From assembly GCF_000179635.2 (NCBI RefSeq), contig NC_014833.1, forward strand, positions 2,160,001 to 2,192,000: a DNA stretch of 32,000 nt, in the 5' to 3' direction. Position 1 is the stretch's first letter; every line of letters starts with the position of its first letter. Source of the DNA: Ruminococcus albus 7 = DSM 20455. GTDB taxonomy: Bacteria; Bacillota; Clostridia; Oscillospirales; Ruminococcaceae. The notes under the pieces are model-generated. The model was not told the origin of the DNA. It was given only the letters and a program-made list of their open reading frames with translations, and did no database searches. Positions 7,965 to 16,899 of this stretch are shown here, one piece after another. The position numbers and the translations under genes were made by a program.

Positions 7965-10511
7965 TTAAATAAGTTTTTGTTTCAGGTAAACAAAATCAGC
8001 CATACTGATCTTTCCATCCATGTTTACATCGCCTTGTGACGTATCCTTAAGACTACAAAGCTTTAGAAGGTAACACTGCAGCATATATGCATCTGCATCA
8101 TTTACTATGCCGTTTGCATCAACATCACCGATTATCTTTGCGTAAGTCGGTCCTGATACCTTGGCTGCAACAGGTTCAAATATGTAACTGGATTCTTTGT
8201 TATCTGATGTTACGAGCTTGTAGCTTCCATCAGCGTTGCACTTTATAGTGTAAGTTCCGCTCTTTCCGTCATCTTCGGTGAGAGTATACCTGCCGTCTTC
8301 AAGTCGTTTTATGGTACGGTTTCCTGTGACCTTTCCATCACTAACACGGCGGAAGCTGTATACGCCGTCATTAACTGCAGGACAAACAGGTGTTACCGAG
8401 AATAGCTGACAATCAAAAGAGTTGTACGGGTATTGAGAAATATTTCCACCGTTTTCCTTTGACCATTCAAAAACATCAAGAGAACTCTTCGCACCTGAGC
8501 ACTTCGTTAAGAATGCATAGTAGCCATTGTTTTCAACGACTTTGAATAGCTGGTTATCAGCACCTGTATATTCAGCAAGTTCAACATTAGTGCCATCAGC
8601 TCCTGTATTATATGCTACAGAGATGACTTTTGATTCATCACCGACCGAAGCTATACGACACCAACCATCCTGCTCAGAAATAAGACGGAACTGCTGAGCA
8701 AAAGAACCATTGAATGCCCACTGCTGGATATTGGTTCCATTAGCTGTTTTACCCTCCGGGAGGTCAAGGCACAGACCACTGTTTTTATTCGTGATATAGT
8801 AGCTTACACCGGACAGAAGACTTGTATTTCCTATCTTCATTGAAACACCCGGATCTTCATTCTTTACAGAATCCCAGTTAAACACAAGGTCATATTCCGA
8901 ATTTGTAAAGTCACCGGTCCATGCGCGTTCATTACCGTTGAACTGATCATTTTTCGCACCCCAGACTGTCTGGTTGTTACTTCCTACGGCAGTAAAACTC
9001 ATGACTTTTTTGTTCTTTTCATTTTTGCCTGCATAGAAGTAGCCCTTATAGGTATTTCCGTCAATAACAAGTGTAGCATCAGCTGTTGATGATGATTGCT
9101 TCCATGTACCGCTCACATCACCCGAAATAGTTCCGTCTGAATTAAGATAGATAGTTTTATAACCTATTATATTGCCGTTTGTAGCATTTCCGTGATTTAT
9201 ATATTCGTATTTGCCGACAATATCGCTGTCATAATATCCGTCTTTTGAAAGCTGATCTCCTACATATTCAAAAGGTGTAACTACAGGCCAGCCGTCAGCA
9301 TTGAAATACATTTGATGAACACGTACCTGATGGAACTCGCTGCCGTCATCAAATCTAGCGTGATATATGAGATACCACTGTCCGTCATCATCACGCAGTA
9401 CAGAGTTATGACCGCAAGCCATGTATGCCCTGTCAAGAGTAGAGAACTTGTAGTTACCCATTACTTTAAGTCCAACCGAATCAAGATTTGTATTTGAACT
9501 CAGGACAGCCTGTCTTCCTGCAGCATCAACGAAAGGTCCCTGCGGTGACTTTGAACGGAAAACACGCATATTGTAGCCGCCTGTAGAGAACAGTCCGCCG
9601 TAGGTCGTCCATAGGTAGTAATAGCCTGTTTCGGCATTGTATTCTATAAAAGGTCCTTCGCCTGATTTGCCATAGCCACCTGCTATCTTTGTTCCGAAAT
9701 AGCTGTCAACCATTCGTCCGTCCGAAGTTGTGCCTGTTTTTGGGTGTATAACTTTGCCAGTTTTTGGATTTATCTCAAGTGAGAATATACCGCCTGACCA
9801 GGAACCGTATGTCATGTACATCTTGCCGTCAGTTCCGTAATAAATGGTGGGATCAATAGCATTTGGAAACAGCTGATTATTGAAATCATGGTTGTTGAAC
9901 CAGCTGTTGTTATAAGTAACTTCACCTTTTGAGATAAGTTCATCAACGTTGGTGGTTGTATATTTTCTATTGACGCTCTTTGTCGAACTTTTTACATAAC
10001 TGTCATTATCATAGAATCCGGAATAAATAAGTGTATCACCAAAGGTATATGTACCCTTGATGTTCTTTGACCACGCATAGCATATAACTGATCGTTTGTA
10101 TGTAGAGCTTGTGCAGAAATACATTACATATGCACCTGTGCTGCCGTCCGGACATTTGAATTCAGGGTTCCAGATAACATCAGGAGCCCATACAGAAAAG
10201 CCGCCTTCGCAATCCTCAAGGTCTTCACCTGCCCATGCAAATGCCTTCTTTAGATTCTGGGAAAGGTTACCAAATTCAACATTATTTGTACGCGCATAAC
10301 CATTAGTGAAACTATCCCAGTCGATGAGATTATTTGACTGCGCAGCATCTATATGCGAACCGAATACGTAGTAAGTACCGTTATTATCCTTTATTATTGA
10401 CGGATCATGAACGGAAACCCTGCGTCCTGCAGCATCGGCAAATATAGTATTCATACCGGCAGCACTCATACTAAGTGCGATCAAAAGAGCACCTATCCTG
10501 CTTTTTTTCAT
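7965..10511 (-). CDS. Secreted GH43 arabinanase/arabinofuranosidase-like enzyme with a CBM13 (ricin-type) module and a C-terminal dockerin
   Basis: Signal peptide MKKSRIGALLIALSMSAAG. GH43 signature VHDPSIIKDNNGTYYVFGSH. Ricin-B-like QxW-type repeats (QQWAF, QQFRL, NQLFKV, CQLFSV). Duplicated dockerin Ca-binding segments GDVDANGIVNDADA and GDVNMDGKISMADF. GGGAGGA RBS. Confidence 0.85.
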   Translation of the reverse strand: MKKSRIGALLIALSMSAAGMNTIFADAAGRRVSVHDPSIIKDNNGTYYVFGSHIDAAQSNNLIDWDSFTNGYARTNNVEFGNLSQNLKKAFAWAGEDLEDCEGGFSVWAPDVIWNPEFKCPDGSTGAYVMYFCTSSTYKRSVICYAWSKNIKGTYTFGDTLIYSGFYDNDSYVKSSTKSVNRKYTTTNVDELISKGEVTYNNSWFNNHDFNNQLFPNAIDPTIYYGTDGKMYMTYGSWSGGIFSLEINPKTGKVIHPKTGTTSDGRMVDSYFGTKIAGGYGKSGEGPFIEYNAETGYYYLWTTYGGLFSTGGYNMRVFRSKSPQGPFVDAAGRQAVLSSNTNLDSVGLKVMGNYKFSTLDRAYMACGHNSVLRDDDGQWYLIYHARFDDGSEFHQVRVHQMYFNADGWPVVTPFEYVGDQLSKDGYYDSDIVGKYEYINHGNATNGNIIGYKTIYLNSDGTISGDVSGTWKQSSSTADATLVIDGNTYKGYFYAGKNEKNKKVMSFTAVGSNNQTVWGAKNDQFNGNERAWTGDFTNSEYDLVFNWDSVKNEDPGVSMKIGNTSLLSGVSYYITNKNSGLCLDLPEGKTANGTNIQQWAFNGSFAQQFRLISEQDGWCRIASVGDESKVISVAYNTGADGTNVELAEYTGADNQLFKVVENNGYYAFLTKCSGAKSSLDVFEWSKENGGNISQYPYNSFDCQLFSVTPVCPAVNDGVYSFRRVSDGKVTGNRTIKRLEDGRYTLTEDDGKSGTYTIKCNADGSYKLVTSDNKESSYIFEPVAAKVSGPTYAKIIGDVDANGIVNDADAYMLQCYLLKLCSLKDTSQGDVNMDGKISMADFVYLKQKLI

Positions 10512-10630
10512 AATGATTCCTCCCTTTTACCATATTGGGCCTTATATAAATTTTTATTGTAAAAACATTATATCAAATCATAACGCTGTCTACAATGACA
10601 TATCTGATCATTTTGCTGACATATTCACTC

Positions 10631-10665
10631 AAAAAACAGTGCAGAATGCACGTGTCACTCTGCAC
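10631..10665 (-). terminator. Rho-independent terminator after the hybrid AraC regulator
   Basis: GTGCAGA / TCTGCAC forms a 7-bp stem. TGTTTTTT follows on the minus strand. Confidence 0.55.
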
Positions 10666-10672
10666 CGTATCA

Positions 10673-12868
10673 CTATTTTAATTCACGAAACTGCGTAGGC
10701 GTCAAATTTGTGCGTTTTTTGAACTGACGCATAAAATGAGTTTCGTTATTATAGCCGCATTCAGCTGCTATCTCTGTTATACGAAGATCTGTATGAGTGA
10801 GCAGATATTCTGCTTTTTCTATACGCATAGTAATTAGATCTTCTGTGAAAGTTCTGCCGAACATCTCCCTGTAAAGACGCTGCATATGACTCTGGCTTAT
10901 ACCGATCTCTTTGGTAATATCAGTGACGTTCCAATCTTTCTGCGGTTGTCTGATAAGTTTATGCCTAAGCTGCTCCAAAGCCTGACGATAATCGGAGATA
11001 TCTGAAATATTATACATTATCATATTCATCATCTCACCCATTAGCTCTTTTATTTCCGAAATATGTTCACTAAGGTTTCTGCTAATGAACATATGCGATA
11101 TTATCAGGATACTGGGAGATCTCAGTTGTGTACCTAACAGGTCAGTCATTGAATTCTGTATATCTTCTTTAAGTGTTGGAAGAGGTTTATCTGAAAGGAC
11201 CATATATATCTGTTCACTGCCACGGCATATGATCATATTATCACTGACTGTACTGCGAAGTCCGTTTGCAAGAAGAAGGGAAGTATCATATCCTGCGGAT
11301 ATTTCTTCCGAACATCCGATTATAGTTATATAAGAATTACAATGAGCCTTTCTGCATCTTGCGATAAAATCAGGTAATGATTCTTCAAGGCCTCGTTGAT
11401 TAAGAAAACCTGTTACAGGGTCACGGACAGCAAGGTGTTCAAGGCGTTCACGCTGCCATCGCTGATAGTCCTTGTTCTGAAGAACACGAAGTCCGTTGGC
11501 TGCGGCATTACACCAGTTGACGTATGAATCATCAAGCTGTATATCGTCAGCATCTTCATAATAACAAGCAATATAACCCATTACCTGACTTCCAAGCGAA
11601 AGGGCAGTCAGAACTGCCAGTAAAGGTTCGTGTTTCTGAGAAAGGGCGGGAAGCATATCTTTTACATGAAATTTATACTGATCTTTTGCATTATTTCCTT
11701 GTCGTTTTGATAATGCAAGAAACATGATCTCAGAATAACCGCACTTACGAAAAACATCAGTATCTTCAAAATCTATTTCCCAATCTTCACAAAGACAAAT
11801 ATCTGCACCCTTTACACCATCCATGATATGCAGTGATTGATCAGCCTGCACTATCCAATCCTCCATAGTATCAACAGCAGAAAAACGCTCTATAAGGTCG
11901 GATATCAGAAATTGCTGCCTGTACATCAGATGATTGATCTTCTTTTCAAAACGCTTTTCAAGTGAAAGATCATTTTTCCAATTAACTTTCTGTGGCGAAC
12001 AACCGCAGCTGGTGCGAATGTTCACCTTTTGAGGGAGATCTGATCGTTCTAATGTCTGTACGCCCATCATGCATGATAAACGACATACAGCGTCTGCACC
12101 GAGCTGCATATCTCTGCCGGAGATAGTTGTTAGTCCGCGGAAAAGTGTATACCACCCCCCGTCATAGCCTGTAACTGCTATATCCTCAGGAACGTGTATA
12201 CCGCCGCTCTCCAATGTTTCGATCAGTGCAACAGCCATAACATCACTAGCACAAGCAATTGCATCCGGACGTTCTAATTCTCCGTCTACTATTTTCTGTG
12301 CTATCTGTGAAGGAACAGCCTTCCAGTAATCGCCATAAAAAATGCGATCTTCACGTACTGACAAACCTGATTCTTTCATAGCACTAAGATATCCGGCTGT
12401 GCGTTCAGATGAGGAATAACTGTCAGGCCTGCCTGTGATAAACCATATATCACGGTATCCATGAACATCTATCAGGTGCTTGATGATACAGTAAATGTAT
12501 TCACGCTGCCTGGAATGTATTACCGGAAGGGAACCGCAGTTGTCACCAAGAGCCAAACAGGGTATATCCAACTTGACAAGATGCTCGATTATCCGGCTTA
12601 TCAGCGATTGCTTTCTGAAACGCTCAGATGCGAATATTATTCCGTCCAGTTCAGCGTATTCAGGAATAGTATAAATATTTTCCAATGCACTTATGTATTC
12701 ATCTTGCTGCAATTCATTCTGGGAATTATAAATACCGGTTATGACAATGGTATCCATTCCAAGCTTTTTAGCCTGCATATTAACGCCTTTGATCAGTTCA
12801 TGATCTGAGGGATCAATTATCTCAGGCATTATCAGTGCTATGCGTTTTCTTCGCTCAGTCATATCCAT
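10673..12868 (-). CDS. Hybrid regulator: LacI/PBP-type sugar-binding domain, degenerate GGDEF-like domain, AraC-family HTH (731 aa)
   Basis: The N-terminal PBP-like fold (IALIMPEI.. , AVTGYDGG) has no N-terminal HTH. The middle region RDPVTGFLNQRGLEE ... RGSEQIYMVL follows the GGDEF layout, but the signature reads GSEQI. The C-terminus ITEIAAECGYNNETHFMRQFKKRTNLTPTQFR is a classic AraC HTH. Confidence 0.8.
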   Translation of the reverse strand: MDMTERRKRIALIMPEIIDPSDHELIKGVNMQAKKLGMDTIVITGIYNSQNELQQDEYISALENIYTIPEYAELDGIIFASERFRKQSLISRIIEHLVKLDIPCLALGDNCGSLPVIHSRQREYIYCIIKHLIDVHGYRDIWFITGRPDSYSSSERTAGYLSAMKESGLSVREDRIFYGDYWKAVPSQIAQKIVDGELERPDAIACASDVMAVALIETLESGGIHVPEDIAVTGYDGGWYTLFRGLTTISGRDMQLGADAVCRLSCMMGVQTLERSDLPQKVNIRTSCGCSPQKVNWKNDLSLEKRFEKKINHLMYRQQFLISDLIERFSAVDTMEDWIVQADQSLHIMDGVKGADICLCEDWEIDFEDTDVFRKCGYSEIMFLALSKRQGNNAKDQYKFHVKDMLPALSQKHEPLLAVLTALSLGSQVMGYIACYYEDADDIQLDDSYVNWCNAAANGLRVLQNKDYQRWQRERLEHLAVRDPVTGFLNQRGLEESLPDFIARCRKAHCNSYITIIGCSEEISAGYDTSLLLANGLRSTVSDNMIICRGSEQIYMVLSDKPLPTLKEDIQNSMTDLLGTQLRSPSILIISHMFISRNLSEHISEIKELMGEMMNMIMYNISDISDYRQALEQLRHKLIRQPQKDWNVTDITKEIGISQSHMQRLYREMFGRTFTEDLITMRIEKAEYLLTHTDLRITEIAAECGYNNETHFMRQFKKRTNLTPTQFRELK

Positions 12869-12901
12869 ATTATTCCCCCCCTGTATTACTGTCTTTTCCC
12901 T

Positions 12902-12930
12902 ATTATATATGATTTACAAGACTATGTCAA
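12902..12930 (-). promoter_or_regulatory. Consensus sigma-A promoter of the hybrid regulator gene
   Basis: On the minus strand: TTGACA (12930-12925), a 17-nt spacer, then TATAAT (12907-12902). Confidence 0.55.
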
Positions 12931-13221
12931 GTATAAAACAAGGGATCTATATTCAATTTATAGAAAAGAAAAAGCCGCACCCTCTCACAAGTGCAGCCCG
13001 CTGAATTACAGCAAAACAAGAACAAAGAAATGTATTATTATGAGTACACACGAACGGAAGACAACTCCGTTTATGCTGATGCATTTATTATATCACTTTT
13101 TATTTTGTTTGTGGGGAAATTTATTGTACATTTGATATAAATATATGAAATCAAAACAAAATACATTTCCTAATTCCGCGAATGTCACGAATACTTTGTA
13201 TGCAGTTTCCGTGTTTATTAG

Positions 13222-13986
13222 TTACTGTCTTTTGATACTGTAGATAAGCATCTGAAAATAATCTTTTCCTGCAGGGGTATCACTGTAACCAGCATAAGAA
13301 CCAATTACTTCCATACCTCGACTGCACATAATCTCATTGATCTCCTTTATTGTGTAAACTCTTGTAGGGTCACCCGCAGGTATCTCAGGATATTTCATCG
13401 TATCGCCATATGCTATATCGCAATTTCCAAAAAGCATTATACGTTTTTCTTTATCCCAATCAAATTCTGATAAAGATATGGTTTTATCACCTGCATCCCA
13501 CAATCTGACAGGAAAGTGGGCATCGGCATAATCACCGCATACAAGATCACAGATGTGATTACCACCGATCTTTAAAGCCTTTGAAACGATATCGAAGATC
13601 TTAAGGTTTTCTTCATCGTTCTCGAGATATCCGATAGCACCGTCGGCAAGATTTAGTACCAGATCAAACTCAGAATCAAAGTCTACATCTCTGATGTCAC
13701 AGCATAAGAATTTTGCATTATCAAGACCATTTCCGTGTGCATTTTTTACTGCATCATCAATGTAGATCTTTGTTATATCAATACCGACGACTTCATATCC
13801 GCGTCTTGCAAACTCTAGCGAATGTCTGCCATAGCCGCAGGCTAAGTCAAGTATTCTCTCGTTTCCATGCAGTCCGCACTGTTTGATGATATAGTCAACT
13901 TCACTTTCAGTGTTTTCTACCCAGGACATATTTTTTATATCAAGTCCCCAGTTATACTTGTACCAATCAGGTGATTTTGCTTTCAT
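13222..13986 (-). CDS. Class I SAM-dependent methyltransferase
   Basis: Motif I ILDLACGYGRHSLEFARRGYEVVGIDI and a post-I acidic residue. The start was moved to the ATG at 13986, which has GGAG 7 nt upstream. Confidence 0.8.
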   Translation of the reverse strand: MKAKSPDWYKYNWGLDIKNMSWVENTESEVDYIIKQCGLHGNERILDLACGYGRHSLEFARRGYEVVGIDITKIYIDDAVKNAHGNGLDNAKFLCCDIRDVDFDSEFDLVLNLADGAIGYLENDEENLKIFDIVSKALKIGGNHICDLVCGDYADAHFPVRLWDAGDKTISLSEFDWDKEKRIMLFGNCDIAYGDTMKYPEIPAGDPTRVYTIKEINEIMCSRGMEVIGSYAGYSDTPAGKDYFQMLIYSIKRQ

Positions 13987-14075
13987 AATTGTACTCCATT
14001 TCGTAAATATCTGTGATTTCAATGATTACAGCATCAATAATATAATACTTCAAAACGATTATTTTGTCAACTAAA

Positions 14076-14111
14076 CAGCGGTATTTCCACATATTTTTGG
14101 AAATACCGCTG
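14076..14111 (-). terminator. Hairpin terminator after the permease gene
   Basis: Perfect 14-bp stem CAGCGGTATTTCCA / TGGAAATACCGCTG with an 8-nt loop, directly after the stop at 14115. The T-run is weak. Confidence 0.55.
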
Positions 14112-14114
14112 TTC

Positions 14115-15287
14115 TTATATAAGAAATATTGCGTTTTGTAAAATAAGCAGCAATATCAGCATACCAAAATTTACGGCTGAAAATACTGCTATATATTTTA
14201 AAGTATCGGCGCCCTTGGATTTTCTGTAAAACTGAAATGAGATAAGACTTGCCAAAGATGCTATTAGCGTACCTAAGCCTCCAAGATTTACACCTAGCAG
14301 AAGCTTTGTACCATTTGAAGTAAAACCCGAAAGCATCATGGCAGCCGGTACATTGCTGATCACTTGTGAAAGTGCAGCTGATATCAATATCTCTCTGCCT
14401 TCCATAATTCCTGAGAAAAACTCATTAACTGTACTTATTCTAGCAATGTTCCCGACAAATATAAAAAAGCAGAGAAACGTCGCCAGTAGGGAATAGTCGA
14501 CCTTCATAAGAAGTTTACGATTGAAAATCAATGCACATACCAAAGCAGATATAAGACATACTGTATCCGGGATCACTCTGAAAACCGTAAGCAAGCATAC
14601 AGTAAACAAAACTATATAACCACACAACGGTGCTATTTGAAGTTTCTCGTATACATCGCTACCTGTATGAGGGCATTTGTCAGCAGGCAGCAATAATGTC
14701 AGCAGCATAAGTATAATAAGACTTGCAATTCCTGCGGGAGCCATAGTTTTTATTAATATTCCAGCGTTCATATTGTAATTTGCATATATAAAAAGGTTCT
14801 GAGGATTACCAACAGGTGTCAGCATACTTCCCAGATTTGCTGCGGCAGTTTCAAGTACGATCGTAAGTATAACGCTCTTTTTATCCGCATCTTTCAAAGC
14901 TATTAGCGTCAGAGGAATAAATGTCAGCAGTGCAACATCGTTCGTAACCAGCATAGAACTAAAAAAGCATATAAGGACAAATATTTGTCCGAGTTTACGG
15001 AAAGTACCGGCTTTCTCCAGCATTACGTCAGTTACACGCTCAAATATTCCGATGCTTCTCAGTCCTGCAACGGCTGTCATAAGCGAAAATAGCTGTATCA
15101 GTACTGTACTGTTGACATATCCCGCGTATCCTTTATCTGGAGGAACAATGAATAACGTTATAAAAGCCGCTAAAAAAGCTGCGGCAAGCACAGGCGAGTC
15201 AATCCCAAATTCTGTGTAAACTACAAATAGTGTAATAAAAGAGTATATGATGAGACCGATTGTGAAAGCAGTCGGTCTTATCAGCAT
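14115..15287 (-). CDS. ArsB/NhaD (YbiR-like) anion permease superfamily membrane transporter
   Basis: About 10-12 hydrophobic segments. GNPQNLFIY and TNDVALLTFIPL motifs are typical of this permease superfamily. There is no RBS upstream of the ATG (see the IS finding). Confidence 0.7.
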   Translation of the reverse strand: MLIRPTAFTIGLIIYSFITLFVVYTEFGIDSPVLAAAFLAAFITLFIVPPDKGYAGYVNSTVLIQLFSLMTAVAGLRSIGIFERVTDVMLEKAGTFRKLGQIFVLICFFSSMLVTNDVALLTFIPLTLIALKDADKKSVILTIVLETAAANLGSMLTPVGNPQNLFIYANYNMNAGILIKTMAPAGIASLIILMLLTLLLPADKCPHTGSDVYEKLQIAPLCGYIVLFTVCLLTVFRVIPDTVCLISALVCALIFNRKLLMKVDYSLLATFLCFFIFVGNIARISTVNEFFSGIMEGREILISAALSQVISNVPAAMMLSGFTSNGTKLLLGVNLGGLGTLIASLASLISFQFYRKSKGADTLKYIAVFSAVNFGMLILLLILQNAIFLI

Positions 15288-15288
15288 A

Positions 15289-16668
15289 TTAGCACATGAT
15301 TATATGATTGTCAAGATAAAAGTATTATTCGGGTATTCTGTCTCCGTAATAGATCACAAGCTGAGCATAGATACTGCTCCAGTCCTGACGACGCCCCGTC
15401 CACTTTTTCGTGATGTCCTTCATAGCCAGATACAGCATCTTGAAAAGGCTGTCATCTGTAGGAAATACGGATTTTGTTTTGGTCACTTTCCTAAGCTGAC
15501 GGTTGAATCCTTCAATGGTATTGGTAGTATAGATCAGCTTCCGAAGCTCCTGCGGGAACTTGAAATATGTGCTGAGATTAGGCCAGTTTTCGTACCATGA
15601 CTTTGAGATCTTGGGATATTTGCTGTCCCAGACAGCGGCAAATTCGTCCAGAGCGTCCAGAGCAGCTTCTTCAGTGGCGGCAGTATAGACCTTTTTCAGG
15701 TCGGTCATAAGCGCCTTGATATCCTTGTAGGAGACATATTTGCTTGAATTCCTGAGCTGATGAATGATACAGTTCTGGATATCAGTTTTCGGAAATACAG
15801 CCTCTATCGCCTGAGAAAAACCTGTCAGGTTATCAGTGCAGGCGATAAGAATATCATCAACGCCTCTGTTACGCAGACTATTCAGAACGCCTGCCCAGAA
15901 TTTGGCACTTTCATTTTCACCTACCCACATACCGAGAACGTCCTTCCTGCCGTCCATATTAACGCCTATCGCTATGTAGACAGCCTTTTTGATGATCTGT
16001 CCCTCGCTGCGGACGTGGTAGTGGATAGCATCAAGAAATACGACTGCATAGATGCTTTCAAGCGGTCTTTGCTGCCATTCCTTGGCTGCGGGAAGCACTT
16101 TATCGGTTATGCGGCTGACAGTAGTATCGGATATCTCAAGACCGTAAATGTCACGAATATGATCCTCAATATCAGACGTTGACATACCTTTGGCGTACAT
16201 TGAGATGATCTTGTTCTCCATATCCTGAGATATGCTTGTCTGATTCTTGGGCAGTATCTTAGGCTCGAATTCGCCGTTTCTGTCACGAGGAACTTCAATA
16301 TCAACCTTACCCATACTGGTACGAAGAGTTTTCTTGCTGTGACCGTTACGACTGTTGTCGGTAGCCTTGTTCTTAACGTCATACGGCTCGTATCCAAGCT
16401 CGGAATCAAGCTCTGATTCAAGGCTACCTTCCATAAATCCGGCAAGTGCCTCCTTGAAAAGTTCCTGAATATCGTCCATGCTCTGAATATTCGCTGCCGA
16501 AAGAAAATCACTTATTAGCTCTCTTCTTGCTCGCTGCTCTTCTGTTTCATTTCTTCGTCTTCTGCTCATAATTAAAACCTCCAAAGTAGTGTCTCTTCTA
16601 TTATACACTACTTTAGAGGTTTACACAAATTTTAGGATAGACTCGCACAGGCTGTGATTTTATAAATT
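15289..16668 (-). mobile_element. IS256-family insertion sequence (about 1.38 kb; ends approximate)
   Basis: A single mutator-type transposase ORF fills the element. TCAGCAT is present on both flanks (15281-15287 and 16669-16675). Terminal inverted repeats could not be defined confidently by eye. Confidence 0.7.
15325..16569 (-). CDS. IS256-family (mutator-type) transposase, 414 aa
   Basis: Typical features: a basic N-terminus (MSRRRRNETEEQRARR), ELDSELGYEPYD, DAIHYHVR (DDE D1 region), ACTDNLTGF (D2), and a C-terminal TTNTIEGFNRQLRKVTK (E region). GGAGG RBS before the ATG at 16569. Confidence 0.9.
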   Translation of the reverse strand: MSRRRRNETEEQRARRELISDFLSAANIQSMDDIQELFKEALAGFMEGSLESELDSELGYEPYDVKNKATDNSRNGHSKKTLRTSMGKVDIEVPRDRNGEFEPKILPKNQTSISQDMENKIISMYAKGMSTSDIEDHIRDIYGLEISDTTVSRITDKVLPAAKEWQQRPLESIYAVVFLDAIHYHVRSEGQIIKKAVYIAIGVNMDGRKDVLGMWVGENESAKFWAGVLNSLRNRGVDDILIACTDNLTGFSQAIEAVFPKTDIQNCIIHQLRNSSKYVSYKDIKALMTDLKKVYTAATEEAALDALDEFAAVWDSKYPKISKSWYENWPNLSTYFKFPQELRKLIYTTNTIEGFNRQLRKVTKTKSVFPTDDSLFKMLYLAMKDITKKWTGRRQDWSSIYAQLVIYYGDRIPE

Positions 16669-16899
16669 TCAGCATTTCTATTATCCTTTGTGATATATTC
16701 ATATAATTATAAATATTATACCACTGTTAAGTTTACTGCTCAATACTGATTTTGTCAAGATTTGTGAGATATTTTTTTAATACAGATGGAACTTCTTTGA
16801 TTCATTTTGATGGATAGCTGTCATTCAAACCAATAGGGAATACCTGTTATATGTGAAAGAAAGTATGTTTGCAAATATAATATGTTTAAAAAGTGAAGT

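Noticed and set aside
12869-13221. Possible small gene or structured RNA in the 350-bp gap between the hybrid regulator and the methyltransferase
   Set aside because: Only short 6-bp hairpins and a 35-codon ORF without an RBS were found. The consensus promoter for the regulator explains part of the region. Nothing else could be supported.
15247-16182. Plus-strand ORFs of 117 aa and 140 aa inside the IS
   Set aside because: They are antisense to the intact transposase gene and have no RBS or motifs.
15289-16668. Terminal inverted repeats of the IS256-family element
   Set aside because: I tried several registers between 15289-15330 and the reverse complement of 16610-16690. The best matches were only about 50 percent in AT-rich sequence, so no inverted repeats are claimed and the IS ends remain approximate.
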